Virus record (IMG/VR): IMGVR_UViG_3300029258_004661
Span: 1 to 64,000 of that record
Direction: 5' to 3' (one strand)
DNA: 64,000 nt
Source of the DNA: an uncultured virus (IMG/VR IMGVR_UViG_3300029258_004661)
Taxonomy: Duplodnaviria > Heunggongvirae > Uroviricota > Caudoviricetes
Part shown: one piece after another, positions 50,809 to 59,148 of the stretch
How positions within the stretch are numbered: the first letter of the stretch is position 1
How the letters are laid out: each line of letters starts with the position of its first letter
Position numbers and translations under genes: made by a program
Notes under the pieces: model-generated
Databases searched by the model: none
Seen by the model: only the letters and a program-made list of their open reading frames with translations
Told to the model about the DNA's origin: nothing

Positions 50809-51136
50809 CTCTCCCTTCACTTTCTCCATCTTCTTCTCTCCCTTCACTTTCTCCATCTTCTTCTCCCCATTCGTCTGATAGAACAAAGGCTGTTGCATTC
50901 TGACTTTTATCTATCATCTTTTGGAAAACGTTAAATGCGGTCTCTTTCTTTTCTTCCCCAAGCAAATCCTTAAGGTTGAACTTCATGATTGGCTTTGAAT
51001 GAAGGCTCATTGTGCGCGGGAATCGCTTGCGCCTACGCATATAAACCTCCACCTCTACCCCGTCTCTATTTGGGTGTAGAAATTTAACAAGAAAATCATC
51101 TGTGCGGAATTCCTTCATCGTGTTTCTATGGTTCAT
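50786..51136 (-). CDS. Hypothetical protein with acidic repeated tail
   Basis: Operon-packed ORF; EEDGESEGR twice. Confidence 0.5.
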   Translation of the reverse strand: MNHRNTMKEFRTDDFLVKFLHPNRDGVEVEVYMRRRKRFPRTMSLHSKPIMKFNLKDLLGEEKKETAFNVFQKMIDKSQNATAFVLSDEWGEEDGESEGREEDGESEGRDEEVSDN

Positions 51137-51409
51137 TTAAAACCTCGTGCTCTTCGTTGTTACCTGCGTAAACCTGCTTAAAAGATCATCCCTAATCATT
51201 ATTAAATTTCTTATTCTTTTATCAAGCCTTTGTAGGTCGTAAAGATAATCAGCGTGTTCGGCATCATTGTAGTAATAACAGCGCTCTTTCGGCACTTGGG
51301 TTTTACCATTGACAGGCTCGTCAAAAATTAAACTCTTCTTTGCGATGCGAACACAATTGCGGATATACACCCTGTTTTTATCTTCTGATAATACGAGAAA
51401 CTTAGCCAC
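51137..51409 (-). CDS. Hypothetical protein
   Basis: Operon-packed ORF with GTG start. Confidence 0.5.
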   Translation of the reverse strand: MAKFLVLSEDKNRVYIRNCVRIAKKSLIFDEPVNGKTQVPKERCYYYNDAEHADYLYDLQRLDKRIRNLIMIRDDLLSRFTQVTTKSTRF

Positions 51410-51422
51410 CCTTCAGTACCCC

Positions 51423-51776
51423 CTAAAAGTAGTTTAAATTATTATCATAGTGTAATATTCTTTTCAAGTGCCGGTATTGCATCCTTCTGCTGAATCGCAC
51501 ATAAACTGTTTGTCCGTTAACACCACATGCGTTTTTATCGTAATTCGGGCACTTCCCCGCCATACAGCGGCATCCCAATGAGGCATTTGCAAAAGCAAAA
51601 CACATGGCTTTTCTGCGCTTTGTTTCAGTAGGGAGTGGACTTGGGCAGGGATCTTCATTGGGGTTTGTGCTTAATGGAATTCTCTTTTCTACGACAATAA
51701 CAGCACGTCTTACAACTGCCTTTCTCTTTTTGCCGTTTATCTTCTTCATAGCAATCACCTGTTGGGGCATATACAT
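51423..51776 (-). CDS. Hypothetical Cys-containing basic protein
   Basis: C...CRC...C...C cluster. Confidence 0.5.
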   Translation of the reverse strand: MYMPQQVIAMKKINGKKRKAVVRRAVIVVEKRIPLSTNPNEDPCPSPLPTETKRRKAMCFAFANASLGCRCMAGKCPNYDKNACGVNGQTVYVRFSRRMQYRHLKRILHYDNNLNYF

Positions 51777-52141
51777 TAGTTTTTCTTAGTGTGGCTCCTT
51801 CTTTCTTCTACTACCTTCGGAAAAACACCCTCTGATAGCTTGTCAGCCTTATAGGCGTGAAGCTCGCTCTGGTTAACATTTCTGAGAAGGTTGAAGGTTT
51901 CTTCTTTGATATTGGTGAGGATCTCAATAATGCTTTGGATCTTAAACCCTTCGGTTAGCAGGCGCTCCGTGTCAAGTACGAAGTCCCGGCTTATTGAGTC
52001 TATGGCCCTTGCTTTTTCTATAATTACTTTGGCATATTGATTGACAGTGGCCATGTGGAGGTTTATTTCATTAGTGCTTTCCGCTAACGTTTTTTCTTTT
52101 TGCTCCATAAAATGCCCCCATGGCAAGAGTTCCCTTGCCAA
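51776..52141 (-). CDS. Hypothetical coiled-coil protein
   Basis: ORF coupled to next gene; start uncertain. Confidence 0.5.
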   Translation of the reverse strand: MARELLPWGHFMEQKEKTLAESTNEINLHMATVNQYAKVIIEKARAIDSISRDFVLDTERLLTEGFKIQSIIEILTNIKEETFNLLRNVNQSELHAYKADKLSEGVFPKVVEERRSHTKKN

Positions 52142-52270
52142 TAAGCGCTAAGATATTAATATTGCTTTTAAACATTCTTCCCAAGGCATTGCCTGAACAG
52201 GCAATTGCACCCTTTTAGCAATAACTTAGCATATTGTCAAGGCTAAAATAACTATTTAAATTACACCCCC

Positions 52271-52678
52271 TTACATTCCAGTATAAAAATATTTTACTTC
52301 TGGTTTCTGAAAAACTAAGGTCCAGCGGTGGCCATGTACCTTCTGGTCATTGCCCCAATTATTCCAAAGCCAAATGTCCTTGCAAAGAAACTCAATCTCA
52401 TAATCACTCGGAAAAATACCGGTTGTCGTTTTGTAGTGGCGACGGGCAATGGCAAAAAACACGCTGGCCTTTTTATCCCCGCCAAGCTTGCAGCCATGTA
52501 CCGAATAATATAGGCTGGAAAACCTCTTAGTTAGTTTCTCAACATGAAAATATAAATTGTTGCCATATTTGCATAGCCATAGCTCGTGGCGTGCCCACAT
52601 TATGAAGAAAAAACAAAGACGTCCAAGTTTATGGATAAAAAAATTTTCTACTATCTTGTTAACTTGTGTCCCAATCAT
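52271..52678 (-). CDS. Hypothetical protein
   Basis: AAGGGGGT SD and ATG. Confidence 0.55.
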   Translation of the reverse strand: MIGTQVNKIVENFFIHKLGRLCFFFIMWARHELWLCKYGNNLYFHVEKLTKRFSSLYYSVHGCKLGGDKKASVFFAIARRHYKTTTGIFPSDYEIEFLCKDIWLWNNWGNDQKVHGHRWTLVFQKPEVKYFYTGM

Positions 52679-52694
52679 TCATGCTCACCCCCTT

Positions 52695-52744
52695 AAAAAA
52701 AACTGCCCCGTGGCAAGGCGGAGTTATCTTCTCACCACGGGGCA
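52695..52744 (-). terminator. Rho-independent terminator/attenuator
   Basis: TGCCCCGTGG/CCACGGGGCA 10-bp stem plus U8. Confidence 0.7.
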
Positions 52745-52828
52745 TACGCCAATGTGAAACCCAGCACCCTTACCTGAGTTAAACCATATTATATCCCTAA
52801 ATTGTTTGTCAAATAGGAAAACAACTTT

Positions 52829-53194
52829 TTAATGGGACCACTGCCCTGATACATCTTTGCCCTTGTAGAGGCCGTAGATTTTATAGTCATCCATATACCG
52901 ATACTCGCCGGGAACGGCAAAGGCCGCTACGAAGTGGGATTTTTCAACCCCCTTCATTTTCTCCATCAGTCCCGGCCCCCCGTTCTGCCTAATCCACTCT
53001 GTTGAGGGGTAATGCACAAACAGCTTCTTTCTGGCAAAAGCAAAGGTTGCATTCACCAAGGCATCAGCCAAGCTTACCGCCTGGACAACAATTCGGACTT
53101 CAACATCATCAACCATTGCCGCCACTAAATACGGCCTACTCTCTAACTCGCCTCTGGCTTCCTTAACGCCGGCTTCCATAATTGTTTCCTCCAT
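52829..53194 (-). CDS. Hypothetical protein
   Basis: ORF; likely true start at the second Met after GGAGGA. Confidence 0.55.
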   Translation of the reverse strand: MEETIMEAGVKEARGELESRPYLVAAMVDDVEVRIVVQAVSLADALVNATFAFARKKLFVHYPSTEWIRQNGGPGLMEKMKGVEKSHFVAAFAVPGEYRYMDDYKIYGLYKGKDVSGQWSH

Positions 53195-53238
53195 AAAAAA
53201 TGCCCCGCGCTATCCTCATGGAGTTAACAGCGCGGGGC
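53195..53238 (-). terminator. Rho-independent terminator/attenuator
   Basis: GCCCCGCGCT/AGCGCGGGGC stem plus U6. Confidence 0.7.
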
Positions 53239-53278
53239 GTGGGTAATGAAACAACAAACAAAGGCTATAAGTAAAAAT

Positions 53279-53307
53279 ATTATGCCACAATGGAAGGGCC
53301 ATGTCAA
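53279..53307 (-). promoter_or_regulatory. Sigma70-type promoter
   Basis: TTGACA-17 bp-CATAAT. Confidence 0.7.
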
Positions 53308-53657
53308 CCCCCATGTGATCCATACGGCCTCGTTTTAGCAATTATCCTTTGGGTTATTTTTACATCTTCCATGAGTAGCCTTGGGGAGAACTGGTCACAC
53401 TGCAACTCTTCAAGTTTAAGGCCGTCTCTGTCTTGATCGCCGCGGTAGGCAAGCCCAAGGCTCTTGTTGAAATACAAAAATATCCATTCAAGTTCCTTGG
53501 CTGTAAACCGCACTGATTCATATTGCGTTTGAACTGCTTCCGGTTCCGATTTTTCTTCTTTCATTTTCCCTCGCCCTTTTCGCCTTATCTCGGTCGGATA
53601 AAACTTTCTTGCAAAAATCAACAATATCTTTTTGCTTGAACTGCCAATACCGACCAA
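53304..53657 (-). CDS. Hypothetical protein (start probably MKEEKSE)
   Basis: ORF track; overlaps the upstream gene. Confidence 0.45.
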   Translation of the reverse strand: MVGIGSSSKKILLIFARKFYPTEIRRKGRGKMKEEKSEPEAVQTQYESVRFTAKELEWIFLYFNKSLGLAYRGDQDRDGLKLEELQCDQFSPRLLMEDVKITQRIIAKTRPYGSHGG

Positions 53658-53784
53658 TTTTCTCCGCCTTTAACCTTCCAGCTCTGGCGTAATCAAGAAG
53701 ATCATCCGGGCTGACGTCTTCTCCTATGGCATGGCTGAACACGTGGGCAGCTTCTTTTGTTCTGAGGAAAACTTCTTTTGGCAT
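53518..53784 (-). CDS. Excisionase/MerR-type HTH DNA-binding protein
   Basis: LRTKEAA...ARAGRLKAEKIGRYWQF..KDI; AAGGAGG SD. Confidence 0.75.
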   Translation of the reverse strand: MPKEVFLRTKEAAHVFSHAIGEDVSPDDLLDYARAGRLKAEKIGRYWQFKQKDIVDFCKKVLSDRDKAKRARENERRKIGTGSSSNAI

Positions 53785-53786
53785 GA

Positions 53787-54056
53787 TTAGCCTCCTTTGT
53801 CTTCATTGTTTCCTTTTTTGGTGGGAATATTCAGGAACGCACAAAGGTCTTCCGCAAAACTTTTTGCTTTATCAATCGGCAGGGTTATTTTACTCAACAT
53901 AGTGTCGAATTTTTTAAACCGAATCTGAACATCATCAACACCGGGGCTTGGATTGGCAGAGCTAATTTCGTGCGTTATATCTTCTGGCTTTTCCCTTTTT
54001 GTGAACTTCCTTCTTGCCATTTTCTTCCTCGTTATTCTCGGTGAATATACTGGCAA
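53787..54056 (-). CDS. Hypothetical protein
   Basis: Operon-packed ORF; start probably MARRKF. Confidence 0.45.
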   Translation of the reverse strand: MPVYSPRITRKKMARRKFTKREKPEDITHEISSANPSPGVDDVQIRFKKFDTMLSKITLPIDKAKSFAEDLCAFLNIPTKKGNNEDKGG

Positions 54057-54321
54057 TATTAAACTTGTTTAGAAGCTCCTGCGCCTCAAGCACGAACTGT
54101 TTAAACTCTTCATTTTTTAAGCCACAGTTTAACTCCTTATTGAATTCAGCAAGATGCTCAGATGCAAAATCAAACACTAGCTTTCCACCTTCATCAATAT
54201 ACTTCCTGAGAAGCTTTCTGTCAACGCCTAAAACGTCCATAACCCGGTAGGGGCATTCATCTCGCATGGGGCAATAAATGCTTAAAAAAATCTTAATCAG
54301 CTTCACAATCAGGTGGCTCAT
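53962..54321 (-). CDS. Hypothetical protein
   Basis: GGAGG SD; overlapping operon. Confidence 0.5.
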   Translation of the reverse strand: MSHLIVKLIKIFLSIYCPMRDECPYRVMDVLGVDRKLLRKYIDEGGKLVFDFASEHLAEFNKELNCGLKNEEFKQFVLEAQELLNKFNIASIFTENNEEENGKKEVHKKGKARRYNARN

Positions 54322-54616
54322 ATTTTCCTCCGCTTTTAAGTTTCTTAAGTCTGTTAATATATAACTTTAAAAGATTCAATCTGTTAAACTCGCGAAGAGT
54401 CTCATCCGTATAGTATCCCTTAACGGCTACAACAGCCCCAAGGCTGGCTGGGTCTGGGTAAACATCAACGACTACCGGGGTGTTGAAATACTCAAAAAGA
54501 GAACGCATCTCATCGGCAAGGGTATTCCCCTCATAGCGGGTTATTAAATAATAGCCTCTAAGGCGCATCAGGATCCCCCGTAAGCCACTTTTCCATTGAG
54601 CTAGGGGAAACCTCAA
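54293..54616 (-). CDS. Hypothetical protein
   Basis: Operon-packed ORF. Confidence 0.45.
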   Translation of the reverse strand: MRFPLAQWKSGLRGILMRLRGYYLITRYEGNTLADEMRSLFEYFNTPVVVDVYPDPASLGAVVAVKGYYTDETLREFNRLNLLKLYINRLKKLKSGGKYEPPDCEAD

Positions 54617-55007
54617 TAAGCAGCCTTAAAACGTCATCTAGGGGCATCTGGGCAAGCATTTTAATGGTTTTTTTCACTATTCCATTGAGGTCACTGTTCA
54701 GCGCCCCCATTACAGGGTATTCTTTCCTGATTTCGTTGGCAAGATCCATAACACTCGTGTGCTCTTTCTGTTTTACAGTAACTCCCATGTAATTATCCCT
54801 TTCAAAGTGTTTGCAATTTTGTGGTCTGTCAGGAGGCAAGTATGCCTCTTGTGGTGGCGACTCTTTTACTGACTTTCTAGCAAAGCACTCCACAAGCTTA
54901 AAAGCAATGCCGTTTTCATTTTCCCCAAAAAGAAAAATCGGTTCAAGGTCAGCGTGAATGCAGTTAAAGCAACATATAGAGTTTTCGTCAACCATTTTAC
55001 TCTTCAT
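54558..55007 (-). CDS. Hypothetical protein with CxxCxH...C...C motif
   Basis: CFNCIH...ECF...CKHF. Confidence 0.5.
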   Translation of the reverse strand: MKSKMVDENSICCFNCIHADLEPIFLFGENENGIAFKLVECFARKSVKESPPQEAYLPPDRPQNCKHFERDNYMGVTVKQKEHTSVMDLANEIRKEYPVMGALNSDLNGIVKKTIKMLAQMPLDDVLRLLIEVSPSSMEKWLTGDPDAP

Positions 55008-55489
55008 CTTCGTTTATAATATCATTAATCAGGTCGTTTCCAAAGAAGCCAATTACACTCTTTGACATATCACCAAGCTCGTCATGGTCTTCAATATGGA
55101 CAGTTGCAAGGCGCAGTATGTTTTCGAGAACCTCTATTGGAATAACAAATGGTATTTTGCTCATGTGATTCTCCTAAAAAAAATTGCTTGCTGCGCGGTC
55201 CGCACAATGGGTTTAAGGGATCAGCAGTTGTGGCCAAGCAACAAAAGATCCCGCTATGGGTTAACTTAACTGGTGCCTCGCCAGAACCCCAATTCCATAG
55301 GGGTGTTTTTGCCATAGCTACCATTAAGCCGGGTACGGTCCGGCGGGTCAGGCTAACCACTTCATTCCCACCGCACAGCAAGCAAACTGTTTCAGTTCTC
55401 AACATCAAGGCTTACACAAGATATTCCATGATATGTATAGCACACCACGCCGGTTTCATGATCGTAGTGGGCGCAGTCAACGCAGCGAA

Positions 55490-55702
55490 TCATTTAAAGC
55501 CGACCGTAACTTTAATGCCAGTAAATATCTCGTTACCCTGATACTCTTCAGTTTGAAACTCGGAAGACTTAATGCGTATCCTCTTAGGGTCGTGCCCCGC
55601 CTTGGCAAAGCGGCTTATGACCTCGGCTGTTACGGCATCAAACACCTCTTCCTTGCTCAACATGACGGGGATCAGGTTTTCCGTTGTTTTTGGTTGCGCC
55701 AT
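55490..55702 (-). CDS. Hypothetical protein
   Basis: AAGGAG SD and ATG. Confidence 0.55.
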   Translation of the reverse strand: MAQPKTTENLIPVMLSKEEVFDAVTAEVISRFAKAGHDPKRIRIKSSEFQTEEYQGNEIFTGIKVTVGFK

Positions 55703-55714
55703 TTTAATTCTCCT

Positions 55715-55963
55715 TTACATCAGGCTTACGCAGGAAATAGCCCGCACGCTTGTATAGCAGGCAACACCAAGCTCTTGATCGTAGACCCTAAATAGCCCCT
55801 TTGCAATTTCTTTGTCCTCAAGCATGACCCCCTCGGCTACTGGGTGATACGATCCCCAAACCGACGAAGAAATAAAGCTGGCTATGCTGAAGAAAATAAT
55901 AGCGATAACAAGAGCTATAGTAACATTCCCAAAAAACCCAACAAACCCAACAGGCTCTTTCAT
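55715..55963 (-). CDS. Small membrane protein
   Basis: AAGGAGG SD; N-terminal hydrophobic helix. Confidence 0.6.
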   Translation of the reverse strand: MKEPVGFVGFFGNVTIALVIAIIFFSIASFISSSVWGSYHPVAEGVMLEDKEIAKGLFRVYDQELGVACYTSVRAISCVSLM

Positions 55964-55993
55964 ACCAAAACCTCCTTTATTAAGGGAAGGGCT

Positions 55994-56022
55994 ATTATAA
56001 CAAACTATTTCAGTTTTGGCAA
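55994..56022 (-). promoter_or_regulatory. Sigma70-type promoter
   Basis: TTGCCA-17 bp-TATAAT with extended -10 TG. Confidence 0.75.
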
Positions 56023-56218
56023 TTAACAGTATTTTAAGATTTTAATATTTTTTCTTAACCTTATTTACTCCCCCGCCTGGTTTACTCCCCCCGCCTGTCT
56101 AGGCTGCCCTCTTCAACAAGAGCCTTCATATGTTCCTCTACATCAAGCAGGGCTTCCAGAATCGCTTTCCTCTTTTCTTTATTCAACCGTACAATTTTCA
56201 TAATAACAACCTCTCCTT

Positions 56219-56613
56219 TTAGCAGAGTTCTTCCCATACTTCCTCTAGTACTTCATAGAGTCGTTTCGCACAAAGATATTTCGCCCTGTCAATTCGCTTA
56301 TGCTCGGCATTTATTTCTTTAATCGTATTCGTCCCACCAGGAGTCAAATTTTCACTCTCAATTTCTGACGCAATAATTCCACATCCGCTATCCATAATTC
56401 CGCAAGGACAAGCAGAGCAAATTCCAGCATGCGCCTGACAAAACGAGCACGGTGCCACCCTTCACCCTTCCACATACTGCGGCGAATGTGCATAAACTCG
56501 AAAGCCACCCAAATCTCGCTCTCCAACTTCCCAATCCACCTCCCGCTGTAATACTTAACCAGCAGATCCCTCATTTTCTCTGTAATCTCCGGCACAAAAA
56601 ATCTCTTTCTCAT
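56219..56613 (-). CDS. Two overlapping small hypothetical ORFs (56344-56613, 56219-56458), the second Cys-rich
   Basis: AAGGAG SD for the first; CSFC...CSACPC in the second. Confidence 0.4.
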
Positions 56614-56694
56614 ACTCGTTTCTCCTTTATCAAATTTCTCTTTAACTAAACCTTCTCTTTACATACCTTCCCAGCGCACCTTTAATGAGGTTAC

Positions 56695-56723
56695 AATATA
56701 AAATACTTAAAAATCGGTGTCAA
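56695..56723 (-). promoter_or_regulatory. Sigma70-type promoter
   Basis: TTGACA-17 bp-TATATT. Confidence 0.75.
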
Positions 56724-56749
56724 GAAAAAAGGGGTCGTTTAAGGAAGGA

Positions 56750-57985
56750 TTAAACTATTACGGCTTTACTCTTTTTAAGGACAAATTTAATACAAGCTTT
56801 ATTGTAGGCGTTTGTTTTCTCTAAGACCTTCTTATTACATATATACATACCGGAAACCCTACCTTCCGCGTCTATATACCTGTTTAGCTCTTTACCAAGG
56901 TAACGGCAATCTTTACAAAACCCAACCTTATAGTTTACACCTATCGCTTCAAGTACCTTTCCCATACCAAGCTTTTCTATACAATACCAATAATGTTTTG
57001 GGTGAGTATGATACAGTCGCTGAAATCTATTTTCTCCATACTCAAGATGCACGCCGAAGGCACAAAATATACAACCTGTATTAGCATACCCCATATCGTA
57101 TATTTCCGAGTAATCAAGATTAAATCTATTAATATACTCTACAACATCCTGCTCCACCCAAAAAGCAATAGGGGTACTGGTAGGTCTGTAGTTACGGTAA
57201 ACATTACATCCATTCATCAGATAGTTAGTAGTCCTCAGGCGAGAGTCATCCGCCATCGTCCCGATTATACCCGCCCTGTTATTCTCCTTAATATACTTCA
57301 TAATCGGAGCCTTCTTCATTACCATACAACACCTATCTGATATCTTAAAATCTGCATCAATTAAATACTTCCACTTCTCCGGTAGCCGACCCCGACCAAA
57401 CTTATCCCCATACAACCTTTTCTTAAGTACCTTCTCGCTACGAGTATTCTGAATATCATACAACTTAGCAGCACTCTCCTTACTAATAATCGGATACCCA
57501 TATTTCTCTATAACCTCAAAGAAAGGCATCTTCGGCCTCAACCACGTTACGTTCTCTACTCGTTTAACAAATTTTCTTATTTCAGGAAATTCCAGTCCAG
57601 TATCTACAAACACCGCCGGGACCTCAGGATACATACTTCTTACTAAATGTAACAAGGCCGTACTATCCTTACCCCCAGAGAACGATACATAAATGCGCCC
57701 GTTCCAATGCCTATACCACTCTTCTATACGATCCTTACTCATTCTTATCTTAATCTCTAACGGCAACCCCTGCCGCTCTTTCAATTCCCACCTCTTATCC
57801 TCTGCATCTTTTATATTTCCACCTCTAACCTCTCCCGGCAACCGCCTATTCTTATCCAGCTTCATTTTCCTCTTATCTCTCCTCTTCATAAACTCCCTAA
57901 CCACCCTATCTTCTTCTCTCCCCTTATCTACAACTTCCTTTCTCTTTCTCTTCTCTTTCTCCACGAAACTCTCCTCCGCAAACAC
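56750..57985 (-). CDS. Phosphoadenosine-phosphosulfate (PAPS) reductase family protein
   Basis: PP-loop YVSFSGGKDS, FVDTGLEFPE, CCMVMKK, TGCIFC; start uncertain. Confidence 0.9.
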   Translation of the reverse strand: MFAEESFVEKEKRKRKEVVDKGREEDRVVREFMKRRDKRKMKLDKNRRLPGEVRGGNIKDAEDKRWELKERQGLPLEIKIRMSKDRIEEWYRHWNGRIYVSFSGGKDSTALLHLVRSMYPEVPAVFVDTGLEFPEIRKFVKRVENVTWLRPKMPFFEVIEKYGYPIISKESAAKLYDIQNTRSEKVLKKRLYGDKFGRGRLPEKWKYLIDADFKISDRCCMVMKKAPIMKYIKENNRAGIIGTMADDSRLRTTNYLMNGCNVYRNYRPTSTPIAFWVEQDVVEYINRFNLDYSEIYDMGYANTGCIFCAFGVHLEYGENRFQRLYHTHPKHYWYCIEKLGMGKVLEAIGVNYKVGFCKDCRYLGKELNRYIDAEGRVSGMYICNKKVLEKTNAYNKACIKFVLKKSKAVIV

Positions 57986-58027
57986 AACTTCCAGGGCGCA
58001 TTAAATATATGTCTGTAATAATGAAAT

Positions 58028-58057
58028 ATAATACCCGTAAATTGGACGGCTTGTCAA
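58028..58057 (-). promoter_or_regulatory. Sigma70-type promoter
   Basis: TTGACA-18 bp-TATTAT. Confidence 0.6.
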
Positions 58058-58072
58058 ATAAATAAGTCTTTG

Positions 58073-58121
58073 ATAATTGGTCCATAATTAGTCCATAATT
58101 AGTCCATAATTAGTCCATAAT
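58073..58121. repeat. AT-rich 11-bp tandem repeat ATAATT(A/G)GTCC x4.5
   Basis: Read directly. Confidence 0.95.
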
Positions 58122-58241
58122 AAATGAAACAAAAGGGAGATAGGGTGGGGGTATGTGGGGGTATGTGAAATCTTTTAACATCCACTTATTAATGGACACA
58201 TTGCGTCATAAATGCGCTAGGGGTTTAAAAAGGGGACAAAC

Positions 58242-58281
58242 ATTTCACATCATTCACACCAATTTCACATCATTCACATCA
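58242..58281. repeat. 20-bp direct repeat x2 containing TCATTCACA (DnaA-box-like)
   Basis: TCATTCACA at 58250 and 58270. Confidence 0.75.
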
Positions 58282-58440
58282 TAGGACATTTATAAAGTTA
58301 TTTAGGGGGTATTTAGGCGTGTTTTGTTAGGGGTAATACTCGGGGGATATTGAAAAAATTGGGACGGTTTTTTTGCAGACAGGTACTTACTTTGGGGAGA
58401 ATATAGTGTGTTTTGGCGAGGTTTTGGCGAGTTTGTTAAG

Positions 58441-58506
58441 CTCGTGGGATATTGAAAAGAGACTCGTGGGATATTGAAAAGAGACTCGTGGGATATTGAA
58501 AAGAGA
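58441..58506. repeat. 22-bp iteron-like repeat CTCGTGGGATATTGAAAAGAGA x3 (degenerate fourth copy at 58339)
   Basis: Three exact tandem copies. Confidence 0.95.
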
Positions 58507-58664
58507 AGAGCGATTATTTGTGAGGAGGGACACATCACAGCCATGCCCATTTTGGCTATGCGCATATATTAATGTGACAATTTTTTCCCATATTGAGAAT
58601 CAAATTGACACTTTGACACTTTGACGCAACGCGTCAAAAGGTGTTAACCAGTGAAAGCTGTCAA

Positions 58665-59088
58665 GCTGGTGCCGTGCTGGTGGCAAGGCAGGGGGCGTGC
58701 TGGTGGCAAGCCTGGTGGCGTGCAGGGGGCGTGCTGGTGGCAAGCCTGGTGGCAAGGCAGGGGGCGTGCTGGTGGCAAGCCTGGTGGCGTGCAGGGGGCG
58801 TGCAGGGGGCGTGCTGGTGCCGTGCTGGTGGCGTGCTGGTGGCGTGCTGGTGGCGTGCTGGTGGCCGTGCTGGTGCCGTGCTGGTGGCCGTGCTGGTGGC
58901 GTGCTGGTGGCGTGCTGGTGGCGTGCTGGTGGCGTGCNNNCTGGTGGCAAGGCAGGGGGCGTGCTGGTGCCGTGCTGGTGGCAAGGCAGGGGGCGTGCTG
59001 GTGGGCGTGCTGGTGCCGTGCTGGTGGCCGTGCTGGTGGCGTGCTGGTGGCAAGGCAGGGGCAAGCCTGGTGGCAAGGCAGGGGCAAG
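58665..59088 (+). repeat. Array of 11-12-bp units built on GCTGGTGG, CCTGGTGG, GCTGGTGC and GCAGGGG cores
   Basis: 18 exact GCTGGTGG counted by hand, all on the + strand; NNN gap at 58938-58940. Confidence 0.95.
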
Positions 59089-59125
59089 AAAAACGCGCCT
59101 GTTAAAAAAAAATAACAGGCGCGTT
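59088..59125 (-). terminator. Terminator hairpin of the Ala/Lys-rich gene
   Basis: Perfect 13-bp inverted repeat AACGCGCCTGTTA/TAACAGGCGCGTT followed by Us on the minus strand. Confidence 0.7.
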
Positions 59126-59148
59126 ATACCGCGGGCGCGGGCTAAAAT

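Noticed and set aside
58555..58582. dif-like site (ATGCGCATA...TAATGTGACAA)
   Set aside because: Spacing between the XerC-like and XerD-like arms is wrong and the XerD arm matches poorly.
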